NCBI GenBank assembly: GCA_951406725.2
Contig: OX597816.1
Location: 120,776,001 to 120,840,000, forward strand
DNA length: 64,000 bases
Source: Octopus vulgaris
Lineage: Eukaryota
Direction of reading: 5' to 3'
Shown here: piece by piece, positions 14,015-27,700 of the stretch
Layout: each line of letters begins with the position of its first letter
How positions within the stretch are numbered: position 1 is the stretch's first letter
Made by a program: the position numbers and the translations under genes
The notes under the pieces: model-generated
What the model saw: the letters and a program-made list of their open reading frames with translations, nothing else
Database searches by the model: none
What the model was told of the DNA's origin: nothing

Positions 14015-14370
14015 CAGCTTTGTGGTTAGGGTGTTGCACTCATGATTGTAAGATTGTGGTTTCGATTCCTGACTTGGCAATGTGCTTGTCTTCTTGAACA
14101 TAGCAGTTCATCTCATGTGACTCCAGTCCCCACTTTAGCTGGCAAAAATGAGTAATCCTGAGGACTGCTGTCCCATCCAGGAGGGGAATATATACATCAC
14201 AGAATCCAGGAAACTGGCCTTATAAGCCTATAGCTCAAGAAGGATTATTATTATTATTATTATTATTGTTATTGTTATTATTATTATTATTGTTATTGTT
14301 ATTATTATTATTATTATTATTGTTATTGTTATTGTTATTATTATTATTGTTATTATTATTATTATTATTG
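14015..14370 (+). mobile_element. SINE family C with (TTA/TTG)n tail
   Basis: GTGGTTAGGGTGTTGCACTCATGATTGTAAGATTGTGGTTTCGATTCCTG matches 38-290; trinucleotide run at 14244-14370. Confidence 0.7.
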
Positions 14371-14872
14371 TTTCTGATTCAGTAGCTGTCATCAGTCTAG
14401 GAGTCTTTTGATGGTTGCTTAACCTGCTTAGAAATAGTAGCTAAATCTCCCTCAAATTGCACCCTACCATTTTGAGAAGCAAGAAATACATTGGATTGTG
14501 TAATCGTGGATATGCATGCAATACCTGAGAGAAGGATGGAATAGTCATTGCTGGAATGGCTTCAATCAGACTCGAACTTGCAAAGTGGAAATATTTTATT
14601 TTTACCTTTATATCTGGGACATAGGACGTCCCGGAAAAAAATTTTAATCCCCCCAAGTAGAGGTAGGCTGGATTGTATACAAGAGGGAGGACAAGATACA
14701 ATTGATCAAAATTACAAGAGACGGGCTAACAATTCCAGTCTGTTATATATTTTGAGTAATGTTATCACTAGCGATATCAAGATATAACTTTGTATTTTGT
14801 ATTTTATGTGTAGATGTATATATATAGATGTACATGTAATATGTACACATATATATACACATATATACATGC

Positions 14873-14913
14873 ACTAGCACTATGACCCGGCAACGACGGG
14901 TCTTTAATGCTAG

Positions 14914-14914
<1 letters not shown>
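14873..14914. other. 42-bp nested palindrome with Helitron-like 3'-end signature
   Basis: ACTAGCA-ctat-GACCCG-gcaacga-CGGGTC-tttaa-TGCTAGT: a GC-rich hairpin a few nt upstream of CTAG|T, readable on both strands. Confidence 0.5.
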
Positions 14915-15772
<858 letters not shown>

Positions 15773-17417
15773 ATCATCATCATCATCATCATTTAACGTC
15801 CGCTTTCCATGCTTGCATGGGTTGGACGGTTCAACTGGGGTCTGGGGAGCCCGAAGGCTGCACCAGGCCAGTCAGATCTGGCAGTGTTTCTACAGCTGGA
15901 TGCCCTTCCTAACGCCAACCACTCCGAGAGTGTAGTGGGTGATTTTTATGTGCCACCGACACAGGTGCCAGACGAGGCTGGCGAACGGCCACGCTCGGAT
16001 GGTGTTTTTATGTGCCACCGACACAGGTGCCAGAGAAGCTGGCGAACGGCCACGCTCGGATGGTGTTTTTATGTGCCACCGACACAGGTGCCAGACAAGG
16101 CTAGCACACGACCATGCTCGGATGGTGTTTTTATGTGCCACCAACACAGGTGCCAGACGAGGCTGGCGGACGGCCACGCTCGGATGGTGTTTTTATGTGC
16201 CACCGACACAGGTGCCAGACAAGGCTAGCAGACGACCACGCTCGGATGGTGTTTTTTTATGTGCCACCGACACAGGAGCCAGATTAGGCTGGGGATCGGC
16301 CACGATTGGATGGTGATTGTTACGTGCCCACAGCATGGAGGCCAGTCGGTGCAGTACTGGCTACGGCCACGTTTGGATGGTTTTCTTGTGTGCCACCGGC
16401 ACTGGTACCACAAAGATACAAATTCCATTGATGTTCATCTATTTTGATTTTGTTTGATTTTGATTTTCACTTGCCTCAACAGGTCTTCACAAGTGTCACA
16501 AGAAGGAAGGTATGCACAGATGGACTGACTACGTCCCAGGTAGGGGCCACGGGTTATGGCCTGACTAGTCTTGCCGGGTCTTCTCACGCACAGCATACTT
16601 CCATAGGTCTCGGTCTCTAGTCATTTCCTTGGTGAGACCTACAAGTTCGTAGGTCGTGCTTCACCACTTCGTCCCAGGTTTTCCTGGGTCTACCTCTTCC
16701 ACAGGTTCCCTCAACTGCTAGGGTGTAGCACTTTTGCACACAACTATCTTCAGCCATTCTCGTCATATGACCATACCAGCGCAGCCGTCTCTCTTGCACA
16801 CCACAACTGACGCTTCTTAGGTTCAACTTTTCTCTCAAGGTACTTACACTCTGACGATTATGAACACTGACATTACACATCCATCGGAGCATACTGGCTT
16901 CATTTCTTGCGAGCTTACGCATATCCTCAGCAGTCACGGCCCATGTTTCACTACCGTGTAGCATGGCTGTACGTACACATGCATCATAAAGTCTGCCTTT
17001 TACTCTGAGCGAGAGGCCTTTTGTCACCAGCAGGGGTAAGAGCTCTCTAAACTTTGCCCAGGCTATTCTTACTCTAGCAGTTACACTTTCAGTACACCCA
17101 CCCCCGCTACTGACTTGGTCTCCTAGGTAGCGGAAGCTATCAACTACTTCTAGTTTGTCTCCCTGGAACGTGGTAGAAGTTGGTCTCTGCACATTTCCAG
17201 TGTTTATTTCTCCTGAGCATCTGCCACATACGAAAACTATCTTCCCAGTTAGCCTACCTTTGACATTGCTGCACCTCTTATGTGTCCATAGCTTACACTT
17301 GGTGCACCTTATAGAGTTTCTACCTACACCTTTTTTACAGATCGAGCAGGGCCATCTACCTGAAGTCGTTTGTGGTTGGTCCACCTTCCTACTTATTAGG
17401 ACTTTGGTTTTGGCTAG
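15773..17417 (-). mobile_element. 5'-truncated RTE-clade LINE (ORF C-terminus + 3' UTR + (GAT)n tail)
   Basis: KTKVL...[11 protein letters not shown]...RVRIAWAKF...[17 protein letters not shown]...RLRWYGH...[13 protein letters not shown] are RTE ORF C-terminal motifs. The 3' UTR contains eight ~62-bp units (15943-16400). Confidence 0.92.
16617..17417 (-). pseudogene. RTE ORF C-terminal fragment with C4HC3 (PHD-like) finger; open frame but no RT core or start
   Basis: The last ~266 aa of track ORF 16617..18659; the upstream part of that ORF is microsatellite. Confidence 0.88.
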
Positions 17418-17418
17418 G

Positions 17419-17455
<37 letters not shown>

Positions 17456-17458
17456 ATG

Positions 17459-17493
<35 letters not shown>

Positions 17494-17544
17494 ATGTATA
17501 TATATATGTGTGTGTATGTATATATATATGTGTGTGTGTGTATG

Positions 17545-17575
<31 letters not shown>

Positions 17576-17604
17576 ATATATGTGTGTGTGTGTGTGTGTG
17601 TATG

Positions 17605-17637
<33 letters not shown>

Positions 17638-18606
17638 ATGTATATATGTGTGTGTGTGTGTGTGTGTGTATGTATATATATATGTGTGTGTGTGTGTGTG
17701 TATGTATATATATATATGTGTGTGTGTGTGTATGTATATATATATATGTGTGTGTGTGTATGTATATATATATATGTGTGTGTGTGTGTGTATGTATATA
17801 TATATATGTGTGTGTGTGTGTATGTATATATATATATGTGTGTGTGTGTGTATGTATATATATATATGTGTGTGTGTGTGTATGTATATATATATATGTG
17901 TGTGTGTGTGTGTATGTATATATATATATGTGTGTGTGTGTGTGTATGTATATATATATGTGTGTGTGTGTGTATGTATATATATATGTGTGTGTGTGTA
18001 TGTATATATATATGTGTGTGTGTGTATGTATATATATATATGTGTGTGTGTGTATGTATATATATATATGTGTGTGTGTATGTATATGTATATATATATA
18101 TGTGTGTGTGTATATATATATATATATATGTGTGTGTGTATGTATATATATATATATATGTGTGTATGTATATATATATATATATGTGTGTGTGTATGTA
18201 TATATATATATATGTGTGTGTGTATGTATATATATATATATGTGTGTGTATGTATATATATATATGTGTGTGTATGTATATATATATATATATGTGTGTG
18301 TATGTATATATATATATGTGTGTGTGTATGTATATATATATATGTGTGTGTGTATGTATATATATATATGTGTGTGTGTATGTATATATATATATGTGTG
18401 TGTGTATGTATATATATATATATGTGTGTGTATGTATATATATATATGTGTGTGTATGTATATATATATATGTGTGTGTATGTATATATATATATGTGTG
18501 TGTATGTATATATATATATGTGTGTGTATGTATATATATATATATATGTGTGTGTATGTATATATATATATATGTGTGTGTATGTATATATATATATATG
18601 TGTGTG
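17418..18606. repeat. Compound microsatellite with higher-order ~22-32-bp unit (TG)nTATG(TA)n
   Basis: Directly visible, about 1.2 kb. Confidence 0.97.
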
Positions 18607-19822
18607 TATAATAATAATAATAATAATTGTGTACAGTGCTCAGGTGCACTACAACTCATCTAAAGTGTATATATAATCAGGTGTAGTTTCGACGGATTTC
18701 GGGAAGCATGAGGGCCTTAAAGGATGCAGTGTCATGGCAGTCAACAACTGATGCAGGCCTTTTATTCCACGCTTCAGCAACCCTGAGCGTGAAAAAATGT
18801 TTCCGAAAGTCATGGGAGCTGTGCTGTTTTCTGACTTTGTAGGCATGTCCACGTGTGTTAGACACATGGAGATCAAAAAGGTGTTCAGTGTTGTTGTTGG
18901 TGAGGTGGTTGATAACCTTGCGGGTGTTTACCAAGTCCGTCGCTAGACGCCGGAGCTTCAGTGAATCCATGCCCAGGGAAACAAGGCGCTCAGAATATGG
19001 TAGGTGTCTGATGGAGGGTATGCGTTTGGTTGCACGTCTCTGGACAGATTCCAGGAGGTCAATGTTCTGAGCAAGATAGGGATTCCAAACTGATGATGCG
19101 AATTCCAAGTGTGGTCGTACCATAGCTGTATACAGTTTTAAATAGATGGCTGGAGAGCGGCTAACCAAAGTCTTGCTGAGTGATGCCAAGACACCCTTGG
19201 CCTTCTTGACAATTTTAGAGATATGCTTTGTCCAACGCAAATCACTGCTGACAGTGATGCCTAGGTCACGCTCGCAAGAGGATTTCTTGATATCAGTGTT
19301 GTGGAGGGAGTATGTGGACGCAGGGTTTTTTCTCCCAAAATGCATGGTGGTACACTTGTCCACAGCCAGTTTCAGTTGCCAGTCTGTGATCCATTGCTGC
19401 ATTGTGTCTAGGTCTGATTGCAGGAAAGAGTTGTAGACATCAGGATCAGTCCTCTTGATTTCAAGGTACAGCTTGATGTCGTCTGCATATTTCAATACTG
19501 TGGCATTCTTTAAATTGGCATCTATGTCATTAATGTATGCCACAAACAGGAGGGGACCAAGGACAGATCCCTGTGGTACACCCGATGACATCTCATATGG
19601 TGTAGAGTGCTGTCCTAGAACTGTGACTACCTCCTTTCGGCTGAGGATGAAGGATTTCAACCAGTTAAAAAGGTCATCCCCCACACCCATTGCAGAGAGT
19701 TTCACCATAAGCCTTTTGTGTGGCACAGAGTTGAAAGCCTTAGCAAAGTCAAGGTAGACAACATCCACCCATGAGCCACTGTCAGTGATCTGAGTAATGT
19801 CCTCAAGGAACTCGACAAGCTG
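18607..19822 (-). mobile_element. 5'-truncated CR1/L2-group LINE with (ATT)n tail
   Basis: RT motifs [72 protein letters not shown]; short 3' UTR ending in (ATT)n at 18607-18628. Confidence 0.92.
18677..19822 (-). CDS. Reverse transcriptase ORF2 fragment (CR1-like), 5'-truncated but uninterrupted
   Basis: Track ORF 18677..19768 extends in frame upstream ([19 protein letters not shown]) to the microsatellite at 19823. No endonuclease domain is present. Confidence 0.85.
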   Translation of the reverse strand, partial: QLVEFLEDITQITDSGSWVDVVYLDFAKAFNSVPHKRLMVKLSAMGVGDDLFNWLKSFILSRKEVVTVLGQHSTPYEMSSGVPQGSVLGPLLFVAYINDIDANLKNATVLKYADDIKLYLEIKRTDPDVYNSFLQSDLDTMQQWITDWQLKLAVDKCTTMHFGRKNPASTYSLHNTDIKKSSCERDLGITVSSDLRWTKHISKIVKKAKGVLASLSKTLVSRSPAIYLKLYTAMVRPHLEFASSVWNPYLAQNIDLLESVQRRATKRIPSIRHLPYSERLVSLGMDSLKLRRLATDLVNTRKVINHLTNNNTEHLFDLHVSNTRGHAYKVRKQHSSHDFRKHFFTLRVAEAWNKRPASVVDCHDTASFKALMLPEIRRNYT

Positions 19823-20287
<465 letters not shown>

Positions 20288-20593
20288 TTTAGATGGAAAC
20301 AGAGAGCCATCAACATAGCACCACTTGATTCAGCTATTTTTCTTTTCTTTTTTTTCTGTTGCTTTATACTCGTTCTCTAATATGCAGCAATTTACTTTCC
20401 ATACTCATACATACACATATGCACATATTTTTCTCCCTTCTCTTTGTCCCTTTGATGTTTTATTTATGTATTATTTCCTTAATAGAATCAAGGCAACTGT
20501 ACATTAGTATAGAGCTTATAAAGTTTATAGTTTAAAAGTAAACTAATTAATGCTTAGAAAGGTCTTGCGTTAATGTGTGAAATCATTTTTCTT

Positions 20594-20624
<31 letters not shown>

Positions 20625-20664
20625 TTCTTCTTATTATTATTATTATTATTAACAAGTAAAGAAT

Positions 20665-20830
20665 TTATTACCTTGCATGCGTAAGTGAAAGCAGAGTATT
20701 GTAATCACTTGTCCTTGTCTGTGTGTTTGGAAAATGGCTGAACTGATTTTCACCAAATATGGCAGAAATACTCATTCAGTGAGTAGCTCCAAATGATGAA
20801 AATTTGGTTTGATTATCTTCAATCATACAT
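20665..20830 (+). mobile_element. Possible Helentron-associated (DINE-1-like) non-autonomous fragment
   Basis: TTTATTACC start, short hairpin region, TGTCTGTGTGT, then AAATGGCTGAACTGATTTTCACCAAA; this layout is typical of such elements, recognised from memory. Confidence 0.35.
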
Positions 20831-21404
20831 AAATACATACACAGGTATGTGACTGTGTGTGTGTATGCACAGCGATGGATTTGAGGGTTTTGTTTATTTA
20901 TGAATTAATGTCTTAATTTCACCAGAGTATAAAATACCTATAATGGTGAGACTTGAAAAAAAAAAATAATAATAATAATAATAATAAACTGAACTTACAA
21001 ATTTCCCGATAAGTAAGTGGTCATATTATTTGTATCCTACAATGAACTACCATACATTTGATTCACCTGCCATCATTGAAAGATGTTGAAAAATTTTCTA
21101 TAAGTATTTCATTTGGTTCACTTTCTTTTTCATAATCATGATTATTATTTGAATAATCATGATTCTTCATAATCGTGATTATTATTTGAATAGTCATTTA
21201 TTTAGTCATATGCAAATTTTACTCATATGCAAATTGTATGTTGAACTTTCCAAAACAACCTTGGATTTTCTTTGTCAACTCATATTGTAGCATTTCCCTG
21301 TAAAACTATTGAAATAGAAAGTTTTTGTTTTTGTTTTTGAACATGCATGATTCTTTGGTGAAAAATTAGAGTCTTCATTTTACGTTATTCACCACCTTAA
21401 TAAT

Positions 21405-21915
21405 AACCCTTGCTACTATAGGCATAAGGCCTGAAATTTTAAGGTGAGGTAGAGTCTGGTCAATTACATTGACTGCAGTACTCAACGCAGTACTTATTTC
21501 CTGGATCCCCAAACAGACGGAAAGTAAAGCTGGCCTTGGTGGTATGTGAACTCAGAATGAAAAGCTAGAATAAAGGCTACTAGTCATTTTGTCAGGCATG
21601 CTAACTGAGTACTGGGGGTGATGTAATTGAGCGGTCCCCACTCATTTAAAATTTCTGGCCTTGTGCTCATTGTGGAAAGAATCATTATTGTTGTTGTTAT
21701 TAAGGTGGCAAGTTGGCAGAATTGTTAGCATACTGGGTGAAATGCTCAGTGTCATTTTGTCCATTTTCTTGTTCTGAGTTCAAATTCTGCTGAGGTTGTC
21801 TTTGCTACTAACCTTTCAAGGTTGATAAAATAAGTACCAGTTGAGTACTGGAATCGATGTAATCAACTTACCTCCTCCCCCAAAATTGCTGGCCTTGTAC
21901 CAAAATTTGAAATCA
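21405..21915. mobile_element. Cluster of SINE family B copies in opposite orientations
   Basis: 21700-21915(+) has GGCAGAATTGTTAGCA...TTCTGAGTTCAAATTCTGCTGAGG...AAGTACCAG, matching 43459-43695; 21405-21605 is a reverse copy. Confidence 0.65.
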
Positions 21916-23271
21916 TCATCATTATTATTATTATTATTATCATTGCCTGTGTGCCATTCAATTTGAACATTTAGTCTGGATGTAATTGCCCTCCCCCACC
22001 TTACTAAATATACTTGTCCTCATTCTGCTTGCTCCATTTGATTGGTAGTAGTACTTTTTTCTAACCACCAATCCCCTTCTGTCAGGTGTGTGTGTGTGTT
22101 GGGGGGTGGGGTGAGACAATGATGATAATGATGATGATGGTGTTGGTGTTGCTGTCCTTTTACCAAAGATCTTCCTGACAAAAGCTGTTGGCATTTTGAT
22201 ATATCATATCAGTATCAAATCATTTTGCTTCCTTCAGTTCACAAATGTCTCCTTTTCCTCATGTGTGTGTGTGTGTATGTATGTGTAGTAAATACCAAAT
22301 TTAGAAGGCCCAAATTGATGGGTCAGCATCCAAGATGTCCTTTCTCCTCTTCCTGTTTACTGAACCAACTCCCAACTCTCTTTCTTTCTCTCAGTCCTTC
22401 TATCCCCCCTCTCTTTTCGTCCCCCCTCTCTCTCTCTCTTTCATTTCATTCAGAAAGGTTGCTTGGACTGAATACTTTACTAGTAAGTTTATTATATCCA
22501 AATGCTAATTAATTAGACTCTTATAGTAATTCATGAAATACAATTATTTCCTTTCTTCCTTTCTTTCTTTCTTTCTTTCTTTTAATGAATGTGACCATGT
22601 AATCATACATACATAAAAACACACACGTGCACACACACAATTAATACCTTTCAGGACAAACAATTAATACCTTTATATACACATAGATGGGGTGTACAGT
22701 TGTGCATATACATAATTGTTGTTGCAATGTTATACACATATGTACACACGTTCGTATCTACACATGCATTCTTACTGTCCCAAATAGTTGTTCACATTTA
22801 TGCATACATGCACACATACACTCACTCTTGTGATCTCCTGTCTTCACACATGCTCTCACATACACTCACAAGTTCATTTACTTTTAAGCTCGCCCACTCA
22901 AACATTCGCATGTGCTCACCCCTATTCTGGTCATTTCCTCATGTTAAACCATTAATCCCTTCACATTTTGTTTCTCTCCCTGTTTTTCATTCTCTCTCCA
23001 TTTTTGTCCCTCTTTATCCCTTTCTATTGAAGAGCTTAGGCTCAGAATACATAATCGTGATGGTTACTTGCAGGAGTTATTTTTGCTTAATTCTTTCAAT
23101 TTTTTGTTAGAGCATTACCAGTTTTCATGTATTACTAGCAACCCTCTCTGTTTATTACTTGTAAGAATAGGTTAAGACAGGTATATATTATCCTGGTGTT
23201 GACCAATTGAAAAGTAATGTTATTGATCATGTTTGAAATTTCCATCAAATTTAAATTTAAATACAAACATT

Positions 23272-23500
23272 TAAACTCATTTGATAGTAACATGCCTGGG
23301 ACTGTCTCTGGTTCTACAATACAAATTTCCTGTTTTAAAGTGAACTAAATTAAAACCTTCCATCAAAATTTCATGTTAATTTATATTCTAAACACCAGTT
23401 TAAGAATGACAAATTACTTTGATAAATTCTTCATTATTTCCATAATTAATTAAAATTAAGGCAGTGCATTTCCACACAATATGATAATAAAAGATATAAA
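23272..23500. mobile_element. piggyBac-like MITE family 2, degenerate
   Basis: AATTAAAACCTTCCATCAAAATTTCATGTTAATTTAT...AACACCAG matches 10520-10660 and the reverse of 41762-41974. Confidence 0.5.
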
Positions 23501-24169
23501 TGGTGGTCTGGGGGTGGGGGGCAAGTTGCTACTAAAAGAGTAAATGTAGAATTTTTAGAATATTTTCTGCCTTAAATTGGTAATATTGATTTCTGTTAAC
23601 TCAACAAAGCAAATATTTGAGCAGAGTTGTATAATAGATTAAATAAGCTTTTGATGGTGCATCTTGTGTTGGTAGTTCATGCTGGGCATTTCATTTATTT
23701 AATCAATAGAACCACCTATTGTTTTTCCTTTTTTCTAATTTTATTTTGTATTGAAATTTGTGGAGACTAGCATTGATTTACAGATTTCCAACAGGCCAGC
23801 CCCATTGGTTCATTTTTTTTTTTTTTTTTGGTAAAACTGGCAAAGATGTGTCATTGGATTTTCAGTTTCTCATTAATGTCTATACTTTCCATTCATATTT
23901 ACTTTGGTGAAAGAGAGGGAGGGACTCACAAACACACAGAGTTTGCTTTCCAACCACATGGTTTCAGGTTCAGTCTCATTGCATGATACCTAGGACAAAT
24001 GTTCTACTATAATCCCTGGCCTTGTAAATAGATTTGGTGGACAGAAACTGAAAGAAAACCATTGTATATATATATATAATCGGTACATTGAACCTTATAA
24101 AGGAGATGACAAAGGACTGGGATGCCTGGCTCCTTGCTGTACTCAAGAAGACCCGTCTGCCACAACAGA

Positions 24170-24683
24170 ATTGATACTGGTGCTGGTGCCACGTAAAATG
24201 CACTCAGTACACCCTGTGGAGTGGTTGGCATTAAGAAGAGCATCTGGCTATAGGAACCAAGCCAGACAATGGATCCTGGTGTGGCCCCTGGCCTTACTGG
24301 CTCTGGTCACCCCATCCAACCCATGCCAGCATGGAAAACAGACATTAAATGATGATGATGATGACCATGTATATGTAATGTGCATGTGTGCCTCTAATTA
24401 TATTTGTACCCTCGTGACCGTTGCCAGCGCCGCCCCGACTGGCCTCGTGCCGGTGGCACGTAAAAAGCACCATCTGTTCATGTCCGTTTGCCAGCTCTTT
24501 CTGGCACGTAAAAAGCACCCACTACACTCACGGAGTGGTTGGCGTTAGGAAGGGCATCCAGCCGTAGAAACACTGCCAGATCTGACTAGGCCTGATGAAG
24601 CCTTCTGGCTTCACAGACCCCAGTTGAACCGTCCAACCCATGCTAGCATGGAAAACAGACGCTAAACGATGATGATGATGATG
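24170..24683 (+). mobile_element. Two tandem RTE 3' UTR fragments (24170-24365 older, 24412-24683 younger)
   Basis: Both end in CCAACCCATGCYAGCATGGAAAAC...(GAT)n. Confidence 0.78.
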
Positions 24684-24724
24684 TTCTTTGATGGTATTCA
24701 TTGCTCTCTCATGCAATAATAATA

Positions 24725-25080
24725 ATAATGTTTCCCTTATTAACCACTAAGGGTTCAGAAAAACTTTGATGATGGTACAGAACAATACAATGTGGGGTTA
24801 TATAATAGGTGTATAAAAAAGTAAAAAGTTACAAAAATATAAATTTTAACAAATTCACCAAAGGGCTACTTGTGGCATCTTCACAAAACCAAAGAGGCCC
24901 TGACCAGTAGGGCAGGTACCCTCACCAAATCATCTACAGGCACATGTTTAAAGCAGGCATGTTCACTCATACTATTCACTCACCTTTCAGTAGAGTTGCT
25001 GGTGGGGTAGCACTTCTCTCTCTACCTTCACTTTCCATTTTGAGTGAAACTTGAAAAAGTTGATGAGAGCTTGGTCAAAG
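24725..25080 (-). mobile_element. Possible L1/Tx1-type LINE 3' end
   Basis: Minus-strand DQALINFFKFHSKWKVKVEREVL resembles Tx1 ORF2 C-termini; ends in a (TTA)n-type tail. Confidence 0.35.
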
Positions 25081-25091
25081 AAGACAATATA

Positions 25092-25127
<36 letters not shown>

Positions 25128-25129
<2 letters not shown>

Positions 25130-25470
25130 CCCAGTGTTTCACTGGTACTTAATTAATTGACCCTGAAAGGATAAAAGGCAAAGAATTTGAACCTAGAACG
25201 TAAAGATGGACGAAATGCTGCTAAGCATTTTGCCCAGAATGCTAACGATTCTGCCAGTTTGCCAATAATAATGGTTTCAAGGCCAGCTATTGTAATGGAG
25301 GTGGATAAGTTGATTACATTGACTCCTGTATTTGATTGGTATCTATTTTATCAACACCATAAGGCAAAGTCAAACTCAGTGGTATTTGAACTCAGAACAT
25401 AAAAGATGGACGAAATACCACTTAGCAATTTGCCTGGTATGCTTACAATTCTGCCAGATCATCACTTTTT
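25128..25470 (-). mobile_element. Two SINE family B fragments
   Basis: CTGGTACTTAATTAATTGACCCTGAAAGGATAAAAGGCAAAG...GAACTCAGAAC...GACGAAAT is the reverse of 43459-43620. Confidence 0.65.
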
Positions 25471-26767
25471 AATAATAATAATGATAATAATAATAATAAT
25501 AAAAATAATAATAATAATATATTGTTGTTGTTGTTGGGTGGAGCATGTACATAGCCCCATAGTTCAGCAGTTTTAAAGCCTGATTATTATTAAAATCTAA
25601 TCAAAAATGCAAGAAAAAAATATATATTCAGGAATATTGAAAAATTCCCTTAGCTGTCTTCCACTTAAATTTTTTTAAAAGTAATTTTCTCCTTCCCTAC
25701 TCTTTCAGTTAGATTTTTCCATTTGTTCCCTCAAATTTCTCTCCTACTCATTTTTATTACTATTATTATTATTATTATTATTAATAATGCTTTTTAAAAA
25801 TCTGCATTATGAAACCTAAGCAATTTCTGAAGATTATGCTTTTTTTTTTTTTTTCTTTTTTAGTTTTAATCTTGTGGTATGCTTTGAGTTTATCCTTTCT
25901 ATATTGTTGTTGTTGTTGTCTTAAATTGCTTATCATTTTGCTAAAGGACATGTTCATAACAGAGTAAACCCTTTGGGAAAGATATATATATATTGGCTTG
26001 CATGTGTAGAGGGGAAAAAAGGGATCATTTCAGCTTTGTACGCTGCAGCCTATTTTATTATAATTACCTTATAGCTTTTGAAATCTTATTTAGGCTTGCA
26101 TAATCCTTGAGTTATATCAAGAGCATTAGCTTATCAAGAGACTTCTCCATTTTGACGTCAGCATTCTTAACAGGAACACATTTTCACATTACAGCAATTA
26201 AGAAGCTGGAGTATAAATACATTAATTAATACACAAGATTTTGGCTGGCATAAGATAAGGAATAAATTTTAAAGGAGCAATCCATTTTGTAGCAGGTGTC
26301 AACAACTGTTAATAAATAAATATTTTGATTTAGGCATTTTTTTTTCTTTGTTTTTGCTGGCCTTGGTGTTTGAATTTTTTTCATTTTTCTTAATAAATTG
26401 CTTTGTGTAACTCTCGTGTGGATTCTGCTTTCATAAATGTTAACTGATAAGCACCCTACATCAACATCAACTGGATATGTTATAATTCAGTCTGATTCAT
26501 ACCTATAATGCTGAATACATTAAGATTTTTAGTTGTTGTTGATGTCATTGTTGGTGTTAGTCTTGTTTCAGTTCTATATGAGCTGATCTATGGTGTGGTG
26601 CTATCTGATCAAACGAATCACTATAGTTCAATGACAATATAACATTTAATTACCTTTATTTACAGACTGAATGTATACGTAAATGTATGTGTTAGGTTAT
26701 TGGGTTGTATGTATGTATTCATAATCAACATCACTTATAACTCCTATATTAAACTATACATGCATAC

Positions 26768-26802
<35 letters not shown>

Positions 26803-26805
<3 letters not shown>

Positions 26806-26990
26806 GGTGCAATGGGAAAATTGTTGCCTTTTTATATTTTTTATTTCATGCATCTGCATTGTTTATTTTTGATTTAGTTGACTACACAGTATAGTAGAGT
26901 CAATTGGGCACTGTCTGTAAGAAAACCAGCACCATGACACAATTCACTCTGTCAGAAATTTGGAAAGATATATTGTATGCCACTTTCCCT
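26803..26990 (+). mobile_element. 5' end of a Tc1/mariner-type element
   Basis: TA|CAGGGTG terminus after a TA run, and an ATG at 26934 (MTQFTLSEIWK) that is quickly disrupted. Confidence 0.4.
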
Positions 26991-27342
26991 TTTTGAAGGG
27001 AAAGTGGTTTGAGCTAGATTTCTGTATTTCTTACAGGTTAAGTAACCATATAAAGGCTTCCTTGTTGGCTTGGCTACTTCACTGTTTGGTCAAACAGTGG
27101 AATGTATTTTATGGTATGGAGAAGAAGATAGCTCTAACCTTTCGGATAGTTGCCCTTCTTCAAGGAGAAATGATAAAATAACGGTCTTTTCATTAAACCA
27201 GCAAACTGTTAAGTGATTGGCAGCAGAACAGCAAGAAGAGTTTTTGGCTGCAAGGAAAGCATAGCTTCTGAAAATATGGAGACCCCAAATTTCTTTCACT
27301 GGAAAACAATACTATTGTATTGTAATAATATTCATAATTTGT

Positions 27343-27700
27343 ATTCTTTTATTCTTTTACTTGTTTCAGTCATTTGACTGTGGTCATGCTGGAGCACCGC
27401 TTTTAGTTGAGCAAGGACTTATGCTTTGTAAGCCTGGTACTTATTCTATTGGTCTCTTTTGCCAAACTGCTAAGTTACGAGGGACGTAAACACACCAGGG
27501 GGTACAAACACACACACACATATATATACATATATACAACGGGCTTTTTTCAGTTTCCGTCTACCAAATCCACTCACAAGGCTTTGGTCAGCCCGAGGCT
27601 ATAGTAGAAGACACTTGCCCTAGGGAACACGCAATGGGACTGAACCCGGAACCATGTGGTTGGTAAGCAAACTACTTACCACACAGCCACTCCTGCGCCT
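27343..27700 (-). mobile_element. SINE family A, near full length
   Basis: Reverse complement of 42588-42967 with internal deletions. Confidence 0.8.

Noticed and set aside
15809-16447. Repetitive ORFs (CHRHRCQ / YVPPTQVP) suggesting a repeat protein
   Set aside because: They are antisense translations of the 62-bp RTE 3' UTR array.
21210-21234. Two ATGCAAAT octamer motifs 17 bp apart
   Set aside because: They lie in a patch of short local duplications in AT-rich DNA, with no independent evidence of regulatory function.
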